Of a stretch of DNA of 64,000 bases, positions 37,381 through 46,359 are shown piece after piece. The stretch covers positions 21,007 to 85,006 of the forward strand of contig JBPOJB010000032.1 in the NCBI GenBank assembly GCA_052034005.1, in the 5' to 3' direction. The position numbers were made by a program, and so were the translations under genes. The notes beneath the pieces were generated by a model, which did not search any database, was not told the DNA's origin, and was given only the letters and a program-made list of their open reading frames with translations. Positions within the stretch are counted from its first letter, which is position 1. Each line of letters starts with the position of its first letter. This DNA is from Planctomycetota bacterium (lineage in GTDB: Bacteria > Planctomycetota > Planctomycetia > Pirellulales > Pirellulaceae).

Positions 37381-37542
37381 CCGTGGGATGACAGATTTCA
37401 CGGCCGGATGCCGGGGGCCGCCGCCGACAGCAGAGCCCGCACAGAGGGGGGGGGTGCGGTGCGACCCGTCAGGCCCGTCGACCCAATCGATACAGAACCT
37501 ACCACCGGTCGCCGCTTCGACCTTCGCCCTCCCGGTCCTCGT

Positions 37543-39159
37543 CTACCGCTCACCGTCGAATGCCCGGACGCACAGGTGGCGGTTCCAGTGCTGGTTGTCC
37601 GTCTCGAGGAAGTCGGTTCGCAGGTGTACGCCGCGTGATTCCTCGCGGTCGAGCGCCGAGCGGACGACGAGCCGTGCGACGGTCAGCATATTCTGGAGTT
37701 CCCAGCCCTCGGGTTCGGCAAACTGCCGGACCAGCACATAGCGGCACCACCGGTCGATCATCTGCAGGGCCTGGAGCATGCGTTCGGCGGAGCGGCGCAC
37801 GCCCACGTGTCGCCACATCAGGCTGGTGAGCGAATTGCGGATGTCGACGAGGTCGAGCGCTGTGGGGGGCTCGTCGACCCGGCCGTTCTCCAGCGGCTGG
37901 GCACGATAGTCATCGTCGGTCCGCAGCGCGGCCGCCGACGCCCCCTGACCGGCGTGCGCGCCGAACACGATCGCCTCGAGCAGGCTGTTGGACGCCAAGC
38001 GGTTGGCGCCGTGCAGACCGGTGGAGGTCACTTCGCCCGCCGCCCAGAGCCCGGGGAGCGACGTGCGGCCCGCCGCGTCGACCGTAACGCCACCGACCAT
38101 GTAATGGGCACCCGGCCGCACGGGGATCAGGTCCTTCGTGATGTCGATGCCGAACTCCTGGCAGGTGGCGGCGATGCCGGGGAACCGGCCCTTGACGAAC
38201 GGCGGATCCAGGTGCGTCATGTCGAGGTACACGCAGGGATGGGCCGTTTTCTCCATCTGCGTGACGATCGCCTGTGCGACGACATCGCGTGGGGCCAGTT
38301 CACCACGCGGGTCGTAATCGGCCATGAAACGATAGCCCGACCGGTCCACCAGGGTGGCTCCCTCGCCGCGCAACGCCTCGGTCATCAGGCTCCGGCTACT
38401 GCCGGCGATGTACAGCACGGTCGGGTGGAACTGCACGAACTCCAGGTCCCGCAACTCCACGCCGGCGCGGTAGGCCATCGCGTGACCGTCGCCGGTCGCG
38501 ACCTGCGGGTTGGTCGATTCGCGGTAGATTTGCCCGAACCCTCCGGTGCACAGGATGGTCTGCTTGGCCCACACGAGTGCCAGGCCGTTCTGGCGGTCGT
38601 AGATCAGCGCCCCGCGGCAGGTGCCCTCGTGGGTCAGCAGATCCAGCGAAAAGGTGCGCGGGCGGATGTGGACATTTCGCAGCCGGCTGGTCCAGCTGAT
38701 CACGGCCCGCATGACCTCGCGGCCCGTGGCGTCTCCCATGGCGTGCGCGATCCGGCTGCAGTTGTGTCCACCCTCTCGCCCCAGATCCAACGCGCCGCCG
38801 CGCAGGTCGAAGTTGGCGCCCCAGCGGATGAGTTCGCGGATCCGGTCGGGCGCTTCGCGCACGACCATCGCGACGATGTCCCGGTCGCACAGTTCGCCGC
38901 CGGCCGCCAGCGTGTCGGCAACATGGTCCTCGAACGTGTCGTGGGGATCGAGCACGGCCGCGATGCCGCCCTGGGCGTAGCTGCTGTTCGATTCCTCCAC
39001 GCGGTCTTTGGCGAGCACCAGCACCGACAGGCGCGGATCCACGGCGATGGCCGCCCGCAGGCCGGCCAGCCCCGCGCCGACGATCAGAACGTCTGTGAAG
39101 TAATGAGGGATCTGTTTGGGGTGAAATGGTACCAGGTACCGGTGTGGTCCATGATTCAC
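37543..39159 (-). CDS. nadB: L-aspartate oxidase, 538 aa
   Basis: It has the FAD dinucleotide fold DVLIVGAGLAGLRAA, plus SSYAQGGIAAV, HPTVL, RPGAHYMVGGV, GLWAAGEV and GANRLASNSLLE. The start is GTG at 39159, which overlaps the TGA of the upstream gene (GTGA). Confidence 0.9.
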   Translation of the reverse strand: MNHGPHRYLVPFHPKQIPHYFTDVLIVGAGLAGLRAAIAVDPRLSVLVLAKDRVEESNSSYAQGGIAAVLDPHDTFEDHVADTLAAGGELCDRDIVAMVVREAPDRIRELIRWGANFDLRGGALDLGREGGHNCSRIAHAMGDATGREVMRAVISWTSRLRNVHIRPRTFSLDLLTHEGTCRGALIYDRQNGLALVWAKQTILCTGGFGQIYRESTNPQVATGDGHAMAYRAGVELRDLEFVQFHPTVLYIAGSSRSLMTEALRGEGATLVDRSGYRFMADYDPRGELAPRDVVAQAIVTQMEKTAHPCVYLDMTHLDPPFVKGRFPGIAATCQEFGIDITKDLIPVRPGAHYMVGGVTVDAAGRTSLPGLWAAGEVTSTGLHGANRLASNSLLEAIVFGAHAGQGASAAALRTDDDYRAQPLENGRVDEPPTALDLVDIRNSLTSLMWRHVGVRRSAERMLQALQMIDRWCRYVLVRQFAEPEGWELQNMLTVARLVVRSALDREESRGVHLRTDFLETDNQHWNRHLCVRAFDGER

Positions 39160-42100
39160 GGTTGGCGTGCACCTCCTTCGCTGGCGCCGCGCGATCGGCC
39201 TTTTCGGTATGCGTTGAATTGCTCGAGGAATTCGGCCGGCGGAGAACTCGACCGACCCAGGTCACGCAGCCCGCCTGGTTGATCGTTCACCGCATGGACG
39301 CCGCGCCGCACCGTGGCCGTCGCGCGCAGGCCGAGGCTGCGCAGGGCGTCGTTCAGCTCGGCCTGAGCCGCCGGACCTTCTTCGCGCGCCGCCCGCTTGA
39401 GCGCTTCCCAGCGGGCCAGAAACTGCTGCAACTCGTCCTGGGTCCAGTCGAGTGACTTGAGCAGCTCAGGGTCGGCCTCGTTCTGCTGGTCCTTCAGTCG
39501 CTCCAGGACCAGGTCGGTCGCCTTGCGCGCGTATTCCAGGTTCGCCTCGTCCGCCTCGGCCAGCGGTGGAGGCTCAGCCTGCGCGCCGGTCGGCCGATCG
39601 TCGTCGGGCAGTCCCCCGCCGGCCGGCGACCCGCTCTGCACGCCGTCCCGGCCTTCGTGCCCCTGCGACGCGGGCTGCGCCGCCTGAGAATCGGCCGGGT
39701 GCGGGTGGGCGTCGGGCTGCGCGTCCGAAGGGCGCGGCAGCGCACCCGGTGGAGCCTGTTCTTCACCCGTGGGCCCGCCCGGACCCTCCCGCCCGGTTCC
39801 CGGCTCCTGGCCGTTCAGACCGGCCGCCTCGGACGGGCGCTCATTATCATCATCACCGCGATCGCCCGTGCCGCCTTGGTCCAAGGGGGCCGCCTCGGCA
39901 GCGCCCGGTTCGCGTGCCGCCGTGCTCCCCGGACTCTCACCACCCGACCCGTTTGCCCCCTGGCCGGTGCGCTGTTGTCCGGCGCCCTGTTGTCCGCCGC
40001 GCTGTTGTCCTCGGTCCCGTTCCCCCTGGGAACCGGACACTGCTGGGTCAGCACTCGATTGGGCCGACGGTTGAGAGTCGGACTGGGGCGTAGTATCGGA
40101 CCTGCTCTGGAAGTACCGCAGCGCGCGATCGAACACCTCGCCATCATGCGTCGGTGCCGTAGTCCGGACCCCGTCATCCTCCCGAGTCGGCCCGCTCGGG
40201 TGATTGCCTGGTTCGCCCGGTTCCGGCGAGCCATCGTGGCCACCGTTGGACGAGGTGGGTTCCTGGGACGCGTCACCCTGGGAAGTTCGATCCGGGTGGG
40301 CCGGCTCACCGGATTGAGGTCCGTCAGTACGCGACGGCGACCCCTGTCCCTGTCCGTCCTGCTGCTGCTGGATGCCTTGCTGCTGTCCGTCCTGCTGCTG
40401 CTGGATGCCTTGCTGCTGTCCGTCCTGCTGCTGCTGGGTGCCCTGCTGCTGTCCGTCCTGCTGTTGCTGGGTGCCCTGCTGTGCGTGACTCTGTCCTTGA
40501 CCGGTCTGTTGTCCCTGTCCGCCTTGCTGCTGCTGGGTGCCCTGCTGCTGTCCGTCCTGTTGTTGCTGGGTGCCTTGCTGCTGTCCGTCCTGCTGCTGCT
40601 GGGTGCCTTGTTGCTGCTGGGTGCCTTGTTGCTGCTGTCCGCCTTGTTGCTGCTGACCGTCTTGTTGCTGCTGACCGTCTTGCTGCTGCTGCGCGTCTGG
40701 GGTGCTGTTGTCTTCTGGCGTCGATTCGGTTTCCTGCGGTTCCACGATGGTGATGAACTGGTCGCGTGTACGAGCCGAGTTCGGATCCAGGTCACCGTCT
40801 TTGGTCGTGCGGTTGTCGAAGGCTTCGGCCCAGTAGGTGATGCGGTCTCCCGCCGAGAGTCCCAGGCTCCTGGGCGAGAAGTCGTAGGTGACGATCTGGG
40901 GCCCGACACCTCGGTGCTGATCGGGGGCCGAGGGGGAGTCGAGGAGCAATTCGGCGTCGACATTTGCCTGTTCGCGGCCGCGGCAGCGCGCGTGGAGCAT
41001 GATGCTGGACAGGCCGAAATCCGGATCGAGCGCTCGGATCTGGATGCGTTGGGTGCTGTTGGCGGCCAGTTCGGTGTCTACTGTATGGGGGATGCGGATC
41101 GTGATTTCAGGGGGCAGGTCGCGGGACACCAGGATGCGATAGATGGCCGGGTGCTGGCTGCACAGGCCGTTTTCGGCGGTGAACGACACGCGGTAGGTCT
41201 CATACTGAGGGCGGTCGCGTTTTTCGCCCAGCAACTGCGCATAGAAGCTGTATGTGGCGACCATACCCTCGGACTTCATCAGGGCGCCGGCACCCTGGAC
41301 GTGCGGCTCGGCGGGGTTCGGGTTGAACTCGATCCGCGCGTCCCGGATCGCATGATTAGCGCGTGCGTGGATGGTGACACGGGCGCCTTCGAGTGCGTTG
41401 ATTTGGCCGTCTCGTTCGACGACACGCGGGCCGCGCGGCGCGTCGGGCGGCCAGGTGTAAGGTGGATCTTCGTAGACGATTTTCTCGATGACGATGGTCG
41501 GAGTGTCGGAGACTTCGAGGCTGTAGCTGGAGGACACGGCGTCCCCTGCTTCAATCCAGTAGGTGATGGTCTGCTGCAATCCGGCCAGTTCGGGCGGGAC
41601 GGCGCATGCGTAACGTTGTTCGCTCTCGGGGCACTCCATGGGGAGCGCTCGGCCCACGGTCTGCTGGTCTCGAGTGGAGTAGCACAGCTTGACCGCATCG
41701 CCGTCCCGCACGCCCTGGATCCGCGCGGTAATGGTCGGGCGGTCCCCGTAAACCAACGCCATCGGCTCGCCGCTGGCCGCTTCGACGGCGCCGAGTCTCA
41801 CGCGCACGTCGCTGATCACGACGCGTGACGGGCGCGCGATGTCAGCCCACGGGGCGGCCACGCGCATCACGGTCGGGAACACGTTCTTAGGGGAGAAGAT
41901 GGCGTAGAGCGTGAACAGCACCATCAAGGCCGCCACGAGGTAACCGATCCGGATCAGCTTGCTGCGATCCACGGCCAATTCCACATTGGCGCGGCGCAAG
42001 TCCGACGCGGCGCGCTGTCGCAGCGCCTGGTGCACCAGCCGGCTGGTGGGCGAAGCATCGCGCCGGAACATGAGCAGGTTGATCAAGCTGTTCTTGAATG

Positions 42101-42452
42101 ACGGGTCGCTCTGCTCGATGGCCCGGGCCGCGTAGACCGGATTGACGCGGCGGAGCGAGGGCGGGATCAGGAAGGCGGCCAGGTAGTATCCCACGCCCAG
42201 CAGGAGCACCAACAGGGCCGCGAGCCGGCCGCCCCTGCCCAGGTCGGCCACCCAGTGGTCGAAGACCACAACGATCATCAGATAGGCGATTATTGCGCCG
42301 ACCAGTCCGGTGACCATGCAGCTGAGGTCGACCCATTTGACCCGCCGCCTGGTCCGGTTCAGCTGCTGCTCGATGTACTGGTCGTGCTGCAGGTTCGTGG
42401 CCGAGCCCACAACCATCGGGCCGCGTGGTGAATTCGCAGTTCCGCTCGCCAT
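39156..42452 (-). CDS. Large membrane protein of unknown function with Gln-rich tandem repeats and a long Pro/Gly/Asp/Glu-rich disordered region, 1098 aa
   Basis: ORF 39156..42866 was trimmed to the ATG at 42452 (MASGTANSPRGPMVVG...). Two or three TM helices lie near the N-terminus (VTGLVGAIIAYLMIVVVF, LAALLVLLLGVGYYLAAFLI, IGYLVAALMVLFTLYAIF). A ~450-aa beta-rich region follows, then (D/G)GQQQG(T/I)QQQQ repeats, then a low-complexity region, then a conserved-looking helical C-terminus (LEYARKATDLVLERLKDQ...). Confidence 0.75.
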   Translation of the reverse strand: MASGTANSPRGPMVVGSATNLQHDQYIEQQLNRTRRRVKWVDLSCMVTGLVGAIIAYLMIVVVFDHWVADLGRGGRLAALLVLLLGVGYYLAAFLIPPSLRRVNPVYAARAIEQSDPSFKNSLINLLMFRRDASPTSRLVHQALRQRAASDLRRANVELAVDRSKLIRIGYLVAALMVLFTLYAIFSPKNVFPTVMRVAAPWADIARPSRVVISDVRVRLGAVEAASGEPMALVYGDRPTITARIQGVRDGDAVKLCYSTRDQQTVGRALPMECPESEQRYACAVPPELAGLQQTITYWIEAGDAVSSSYSLEVSDTPTIVIEKIVYEDPPYTWPPDAPRGPRVVERDGQINALEGARVTIHARANHAIRDARIEFNPNPAEPHVQGAGALMKSEGMVATYSFYAQLLGEKRDRPQYETYRVSFTAENGLCSQHPAIYRILVSRDLPPEITIRIPHTVDTELAANSTQRIQIRALDPDFGLSSIMLHARCRGREQANVDAELLLDSPSAPDQHRGVGPQIVTYDFSPRSLGLSAGDRITYWAEAFDNRTTKDGDLDPNSARTRDQFITIVEPQETESTPEDNSTPDAQQQQDGQQQQDGQQQQGGQQQQGTQQQQGTQQQQDGQQQGTQQQQDGQQQGTQQQQGGQGQQTGQGQSHAQQGTQQQQDGQQQGTQQQQDGQQQGIQQQQDGQQQGIQQQQDGQGQGSPSRTDGPQSGEPAHPDRTSQGDASQEPTSSNGGHDGSPEPGEPGNHPSGPTREDDGVRTTAPTHDGEVFDRALRYFQSRSDTTPQSDSQPSAQSSADPAVSGSQGERDRGQQRGGQQGAGQQRTGQGANGSGGESPGSTAAREPGAAEAAPLDQGGTGDRGDDDNERPSEAAGLNGQEPGTGREGPGGPTGEEQAPPGALPRPSDAQPDAHPHPADSQAAQPASQGHEGRDGVQSGSPAGGGLPDDDRPTGAQAEPPPLAEADEANLEYARKATDLVLERLKDQQNEADPELLKSLDWTQDELQQFLARWEALKRAAREEGPAAQAELNDALRSLGLRATATVRRGVHAVNDQPGGLRDLGRSSSPPAEFLEQFNAYRKGRSRGASEGGARQP
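40343..40692 (-). repeat. In-frame tandem array of a 33-nt unit (about 10-11 copies, some degenerate) encoding Gln-rich 11-aa repeats
   Basis: Two consecutive units are perfect copies on the plus strand: gtcctgctgctgctggatgccttgctgctgtcc at 40356..40388 and 40389..40421. Flanking units differ by a few substitutions or small indels. On the minus strand the unit reads GQQQGIQQQQD. Confidence 0.9.
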
Positions 42453-42864
42453 GGGTATGCCTCTGGGCTGCCGATCGTGCCGGCCGGTGGCCGGCCAAGG
42501 GGCGTCCGCCGCGGGACTCGGGCGCGGCCCCGGTCTGCCGGGTCGTCTCCAACTAAGTATAGACGACGGTCGGCTCGGGTTAGATCTCTTGGCTGGTCGG
42601 ATTTCGGGCTCGGGTCGTTGGACGGTCTCGGCCGGGCGGGTGGCGGGGAAGCGGCGTGCGGCTACGGCGGGGCGGCGTGGGGGGCCGGCAGACGGGCGGG
42701 CGGAGTCCGGGCGACGGTGCGTTGACCGATGTGCGGCATTGTGATACGTTGCGCGCTCCCCGGCTCCCCGAATGTAGTAGCGCCGGGTGGAGGCGACAAT
42801 CGGGTGACGGTGCCGGTCTGCGGGGGCAGCCGGGCCGGTCTGGGAGGGAATCAGAGGCATCAAC

Positions 42865-43962
42865 ATGGCTCACGAAGTGACGTTGATCACGGGTGACGGG
42901 ACGGGCCCGGAATTGGCGGCGGCGGCGCGGCAGTGCATCGACGCGACAGGGGTGGACATTCGTTGGGACGTGCAGGAGGCCGGCGTGGACGTCATGGAGC
43001 GGACGGGCACCCCGCTGCCGGACGCGGTCCTGGCGAGCGTGCGGCGGACGCGCTGTGCGCTCAAAGCGCCGATCACGACGCCGGTCGGGACGGGCTTTCG
43101 CAGCATTAACGTATTCCTGCGGCAGGAGTTGGGCCTGTTCGCCTGTGTGCGCCCGTGCAAGTACTATGCGGGCGTCCGGAGCTTCTTCAGTGAAGTGGGC
43201 GTGGATCTGGTGATTGTCCGGGAGAACACGGAGGACCTGTACGCCGGGGTGGAATTCGAATCGGGTTCGGAGCAGGCGACCCGGCTGATCGAGTTCATCA
43301 ACAGCCTGGGCGGCGATCGCCGGATCCAGACGAGCGGGCGTGAGACGGGGATCTCGATCAAGCCGATCAGCGTCTCGGGGAGTGAACGCATTGTGCGCTG
43401 TGCCTTCGACTACGCCCGGCAGAACGGCCGTCGCAAGGTCACGGCGGTGCACAAGGCGAACATCATGAAGTATTCGGACGGCTTGTTCCTGGCGACGGCG
43501 GCGCGTGTTGCGCGCGAGTATCCGGAGATCGAGTTTGAGGACCGGATCGTCGACAACATGTGCATGCAGTTGACCCAGAAGCCCGAGCTGTATGACGTGT
43601 TGGTGTTGCCGAACTTGTATGGCGACATTCTGAGCGACGTGGGGGCCGGCCTGGTGGGCGGGCTGGGAATGGCGCCCGGCGCCAACCTGGGCCCGGACGG
43701 CGCGGTGTTCGAGGCCACGCACGGCAGTGCGCCCAAGTACAAGGGGCTCAACAAGGTCAATCCTTGTGCGCTGATCCTCTCGGGCATGCTGATGCTTCGC
43801 CACCTGGGAGAGAAGGCGGCAGGGGATCGGCTCGAGCAGGCCCTGGCCGAGGTCGTCGCGGAAGGCAAGTTCGTCACCTATGACTTGAAGCCTTCCCGTG
43901 ACGATCCGACGGCGGTCGGGACGCGAGAGATGGCAGACGCGATCTGCCAACGGATGCGTTGA
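42865..43962 (+). CDS. icd: Isocitrate dehydrogenase (isocitrate/isopropylmalate dehydrogenase family), 365 aa
   Basis: It contains [65 protein letters not shown] and [22 protein letters not shown]-like motif lies upstream of the ATG at 42865. The NAD versus NADP specificity cannot be decided by eye. Confidence 0.8.
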   Translation: MAHEVTLITGDGTGPELAAAARQCIDATGVDIRWDVQEAGVDVMERTGTPLPDAVLASVRRTRCALKAPITTPVGTGFRSINVFLRQELGLFACVRPCKYYAGVRSFFSEVGVDLVIVRENTEDLYAGVEFESGSEQATRLIEFINSLGGDRRIQTSGRETGISIKPISVSGSERIVRCAFDYARQNGRRKVTAVHKANIMKYSDGLFLATAARVAREYPEIEFEDRIVDNMCMQLTQKPELYDVLVLPNLYGDILSDVGAGLVGGLGMAPGANLGPDGAVFEATHGSAPKYKGLNKVNPCALILSGMLMLRHLGEKAAGDRLEQALAEVVAEGKFVTYDLKPSRDDPTAVGTREMADAICQRMR

Positions 43963-44015
43963 GAGTCGATGCTTGCCGATTACGCAGTTTTCCGCTTCAT
44001 GAGTGGGCAAGGTTG

Positions 44016-44357
44016 ATGCCAGCAAAAACGAAGAAGTCGGAGTTGCTCCGAAAACTCCGCGAAGGCGGGTACGTGTTTCACGTCTACGCGCGGGAGACCG
44101 AGGTGCTGCTGGGGCGGCGCTCGATCGGCGCCATCGTCGGGATGAAGGAACAGAGTGGCCGGCATTGCTTCCGGTTGGCCTGTGACGCGCGTCGCGAACC
44201 GCGCACCTATCGGGGTCGCGTCCAGGCCGCCCAGGCGCTGGAGAGGATCGACGAGTTGAAACGGCTGGCCAAGCTCGAGCGTTGGTCGATCGACGAGATC
44301 ATCATCCGGAGCTGGGATGACAAGCCGCGCGCGTCGCAGTCGGTGGGCGCGGATTGA
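44016..44357 (+). CDS. Small hypothetical protein, 113 aa
   Basis: ORF 43959..44357 was trimmed to the ATG at 44016 (MPAKTKKSELLRKLREGGYVFHVYARE...). It has a strong GC3 bias and balanced composition. Its TGA overlaps the TTG start of lpxK. I recognise no family. Confidence 0.5.
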   Translation: MPAKTKKSELLRKLREGGYVFHVYARETEVLLGRRSIGAIVGMKEQSGRHCFRLACDARREPRTYRGRVQAAQALERIDELKRLAKLERWSIDEIIIRSWDDKPRASQSVGAD

Positions 44358-45496
44358 GTGATCGCCGCGAACGTGCTGTGCGAAGTCCGACGGCATTCCG
44401 GGACCTGATCAGCGGTCGCCGCACAGGCTGGTGGGCCGCGTCGGCGCGCACGGCGCTGCGACTGCTCGAAATGCCCTACACCTGGGCTGTGGAGTGTCGC
44501 AACCGGCGGTTCGACCGCGGGCAGACGGCTGTGGACCGGGTGGCGGTTCCGGTGATCAGCGTGGGGAACATCACGGCCGGCGGGACCGGCAAGACGCCCT
44601 TGGTCGCCTGGCTGGCCCAGTGGCTGGTGGCCCACGGGCGCCAGGTGGCGCTGATCAGCCGCGGGTACAAAGCGCGCGGCCGGCGGCCGAACGACGAAGC
44701 GCTGGAGTTGCAGCAGCGCCTGCCACGCGTGCCGCACCTCCAGGACCCCGACCGGGTCACGGCCGCCCGGGCGGCCGTCCAGGTGCTGGCCTGTGACGTG
44801 CTTGTGCTGGACGACGCCTTCCAGCACCGGCGCATCCATCGCGATCTGGATATCGTGCTGATCGACGCGCTGGAGCCGTTCGGGTATCGCCACCTGCTGC
44901 CGCGCGGACTGCTGCGCGAGCCGCTCCCGCGCTTGGCGCGTGCCGATGTGATCGGCCTGTCGCGCGCCGACGCCGTGAACGCCGCGCGGCGCGCGGCGCT
45001 GCGCGACGAGATCCGCCAATGGGCGCCGCAGGCCACCTGGATCGAATTGGCGCACCGGCCGGACCAGCTGGTCAATGCGGCCGGGGAAACGCGCGACCTG
45101 TCGGAGTTGGCGGGCCGGCGCGTCATGGCCTTCTGCGGCATCGGCAACCCGGACGCGTTCCGCCGGACGCTGGCCGGGCTCGGCTGCGACCTGGCCGCCT
45201 TCCATGAGCTTCCCGACCACCACGCGTTTGGCCCCCGCGACGTCGCGGCGCTGGAACGAGCGCTGGCCATGCAGACCGGCATCACGGCCGTCGTGTGTAC
45301 CTGCAAGGACCTCGTGAAAATCGACGCCACGCGGATCGGTCCCGTCCCACTCTGGGCCCTGGCGATCTCGATCGACGTGACCCACGGTTTGAGTGCACTC
45401 GAGACGGAACTGAATCGGGTGCTGGACCGCGCGGCACCGGCAGCCGTGTCCCCATGTGCCGGCCTGCCGCCCGGTCCGAGCGCCGCACCGGAGTGA
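44354..45496 (+). CDS. lpxK: Tetraacyldisaccharide 4'-kinase, 380 aa
   Basis: It has the P-loop VISVGNITAGGTGKTP, plus ISRGY, LDDAFQH, and the typical RE/LRE and GIGNP motifs. The start is TTG at 44354 according to the ORF track. Confidence 0.85.
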   Translation: MSDRRERAVRSPTAFRDLISGRRTGWWAASARTALRLLEMPYTWAVECRNRRFDRGQTAVDRVAVPVISVGNITAGGTGKTPLVAWLAQWLVAHGRQVALISRGYKARGRRPNDEALELQQRLPRVPHLQDPDRVTAARAAVQVLACDVLVLDDAFQHRRIHRDLDIVLIDALEPFGYRHLLPRGLLREPLPRLARADVIGLSRADAVNAARRAALRDEIRQWAPQATWIELAHRPDQLVNAAGETRDLSELAGRRVMAFCGIGNPDAFRRTLAGLGCDLAAFHELPDHHAFGPRDVAALERALAMQTGITAVVCTCKDLVKIDATRIGPVPLWALAISIDVTHGLSALETELNRVLDRAAPAAVSPCAGLPPGPSAAPE

Positions 45497-45517
45497 ACGG
45501 GGAACGCCCGGGGCGCA

Positions 45518-46306
45518 TCATCCGTGCAATCCAAGCGGGGCCGGCAGCAGCAACCGGAGGCCGCGGACCCAGCCGCAGTCCCGGCAGGTCTGGTACCGGC
45601 TCGCCGCGGCGTACGCGATCTGGTAGCGGAGCTTGCGGTACCAGCCGCCCGACGCACGGATGCTGCGCGGGCCGATCGTGGAGGCGTGGCGGCTCGTGGC
45701 GTCGAGCGACACGAGCGCCGGGACGAGCGTGGCGATCTGTAGCTGCATCTCCCACCAGTGCTTGATCTCGACGTCAAACGGCCGCCGCACCAGCCGGCTG
45801 TGCGCGAGCATCTTGCGGGCACCGGCACTCGACCACATCAGCGCATAGGCGCCGATGGGCGGCCGGCGGTAACGCACCAGGCGGTCTCCGTTGGTGAGTT
45901 CCTGCAGGACGAGGCGGCGCCGCAGGCGGCCGGCGAGCTTGATCAGATCCAGCGCGGCATCCGCCTCCCGGCACAGCAGGTTGAGCCGCGGGACGAAGTC
46001 GGCCGGAAGGAGGACGTCATCTTCGAGCACCACAGCCCGCGGCCAATCGGCCTCGGCGATCCGCTCGAGCGCCTTCAGATGGCTCAGATAACAGCCGACC
46101 TCCGCCGGCGTCAGCGGGCTGTGGAACGCCGCGAACGATTCCCGGCAGTGGGCCGAGCGCCGCGTCGGCTCCAGGGCTCGCCCATCGACCGCCTCGATCC
46201 ACTGTGCCTCGACCCCCAAACGCGCCAGCTGGACGGCCATCGCAGCGCGGCGCTCCGTGCTGGACGGCAAGTTGATGATCAGGATCGGGCAGAGTTGCAT
46301 CGTCAT
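45518..46306 (-). CDS. Glycosyltransferase family 25 (LPS/LOS core-type), 262 aa
   Basis: ORF 45518..46372 was trimmed to the ATG at 46306 (MTMQLCPILIINLPSSTERRAAM...). Typical GT25 N-terminal segments are present: IINL..S.ER, LTPAEVGCYLSH and VLEDDV. Confidence 0.75.
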   Translation of the reverse strand: MTMQLCPILIINLPSSTERRAAMAVQLARLGVEAQWIEAVDGRALEPTRRSAHCRESFAAFHSPLTPAEVGCYLSHLKALERIAEADWPRAVVLEDDVLLPADFVPRLNLLCREADAALDLIKLAGRLRRRLVLQELTNGDRLVRYRRPPIGAYALMWSSAGARKMLAHSRLVRRPFDVEIKHWWEMQLQIATLVPALVSLDATSRHASTIGPRSIRASGGWYRKLRYQIAYAAASRYQTCRDCGWVRGLRLLLPAPLGLHG

Positions 46307-46359
46307 CGGGCCGCATCCCTTCCGCGCCGCAACCGCCGACGGCCGGGCGCCCGCCTCCG

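Noticed and set aside
37120-37638. 172-aa plus-strand ORF and 66-aa minus-strand ORF (37136..37336) in the nadB / ABC intergenic gap
   Set aside because: Their composition is Arg/Pro/Ala-rich, they have no start context, and they overlap flanking real genes. The gap is more plausibly a promoter/leader region.
40343-40692. Possible CRISPR-like or intergenic tandem repeat
   Set aside because: The units are directly adjacent with no spacers, their length is a multiple of three, and they lie in frame inside a long ORF. This is a coding repeat, not a CRISPR array.
39657-41828. 723-aa plus-strand ORF with poly-Leu repeats (LLLLGALLLSV...)
   Set aside because: It is the antisense reading of the Gln-rich CAG/CAA repeat array. 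The minus-strand frame has TM helices, structured domains and a coupled downstream gene. Poly-Leu here is a mirror artefact.
42634-42703. G-tract-rich stretch (GGGCGGGTGGCGGGG...GGGGCGGCGTGGGGGGCCGGCAGACGGGCGGGCGG) as a potential G-quadruplex in the divergent region upstream of icd
   Set aside because: Such G-runs are expected frequently in DNA of this GC content. One loop exceeds the usual 7-nt limit. I have no evidence of conservation or function.
42580-44025. 481-aa minus-strand ORF opposite icd (similar cases: 44207..45385, 44476..45828, 46363..47793, 49398..51323, 51420..52805, 53811..55424, 56485..57705, 57561..59168, 59610..62609, 63182..63955)
   Set aside because: Each is antisense to a gene with unambiguous motifs (icd, lpxK, glycosyltransferases, glgP, GH43, DinG, carbamoyltransferase, pilT). 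Each shows the Arg/Gly/Pro/Ala/His bias of non-coding frames in GC-rich DNA.
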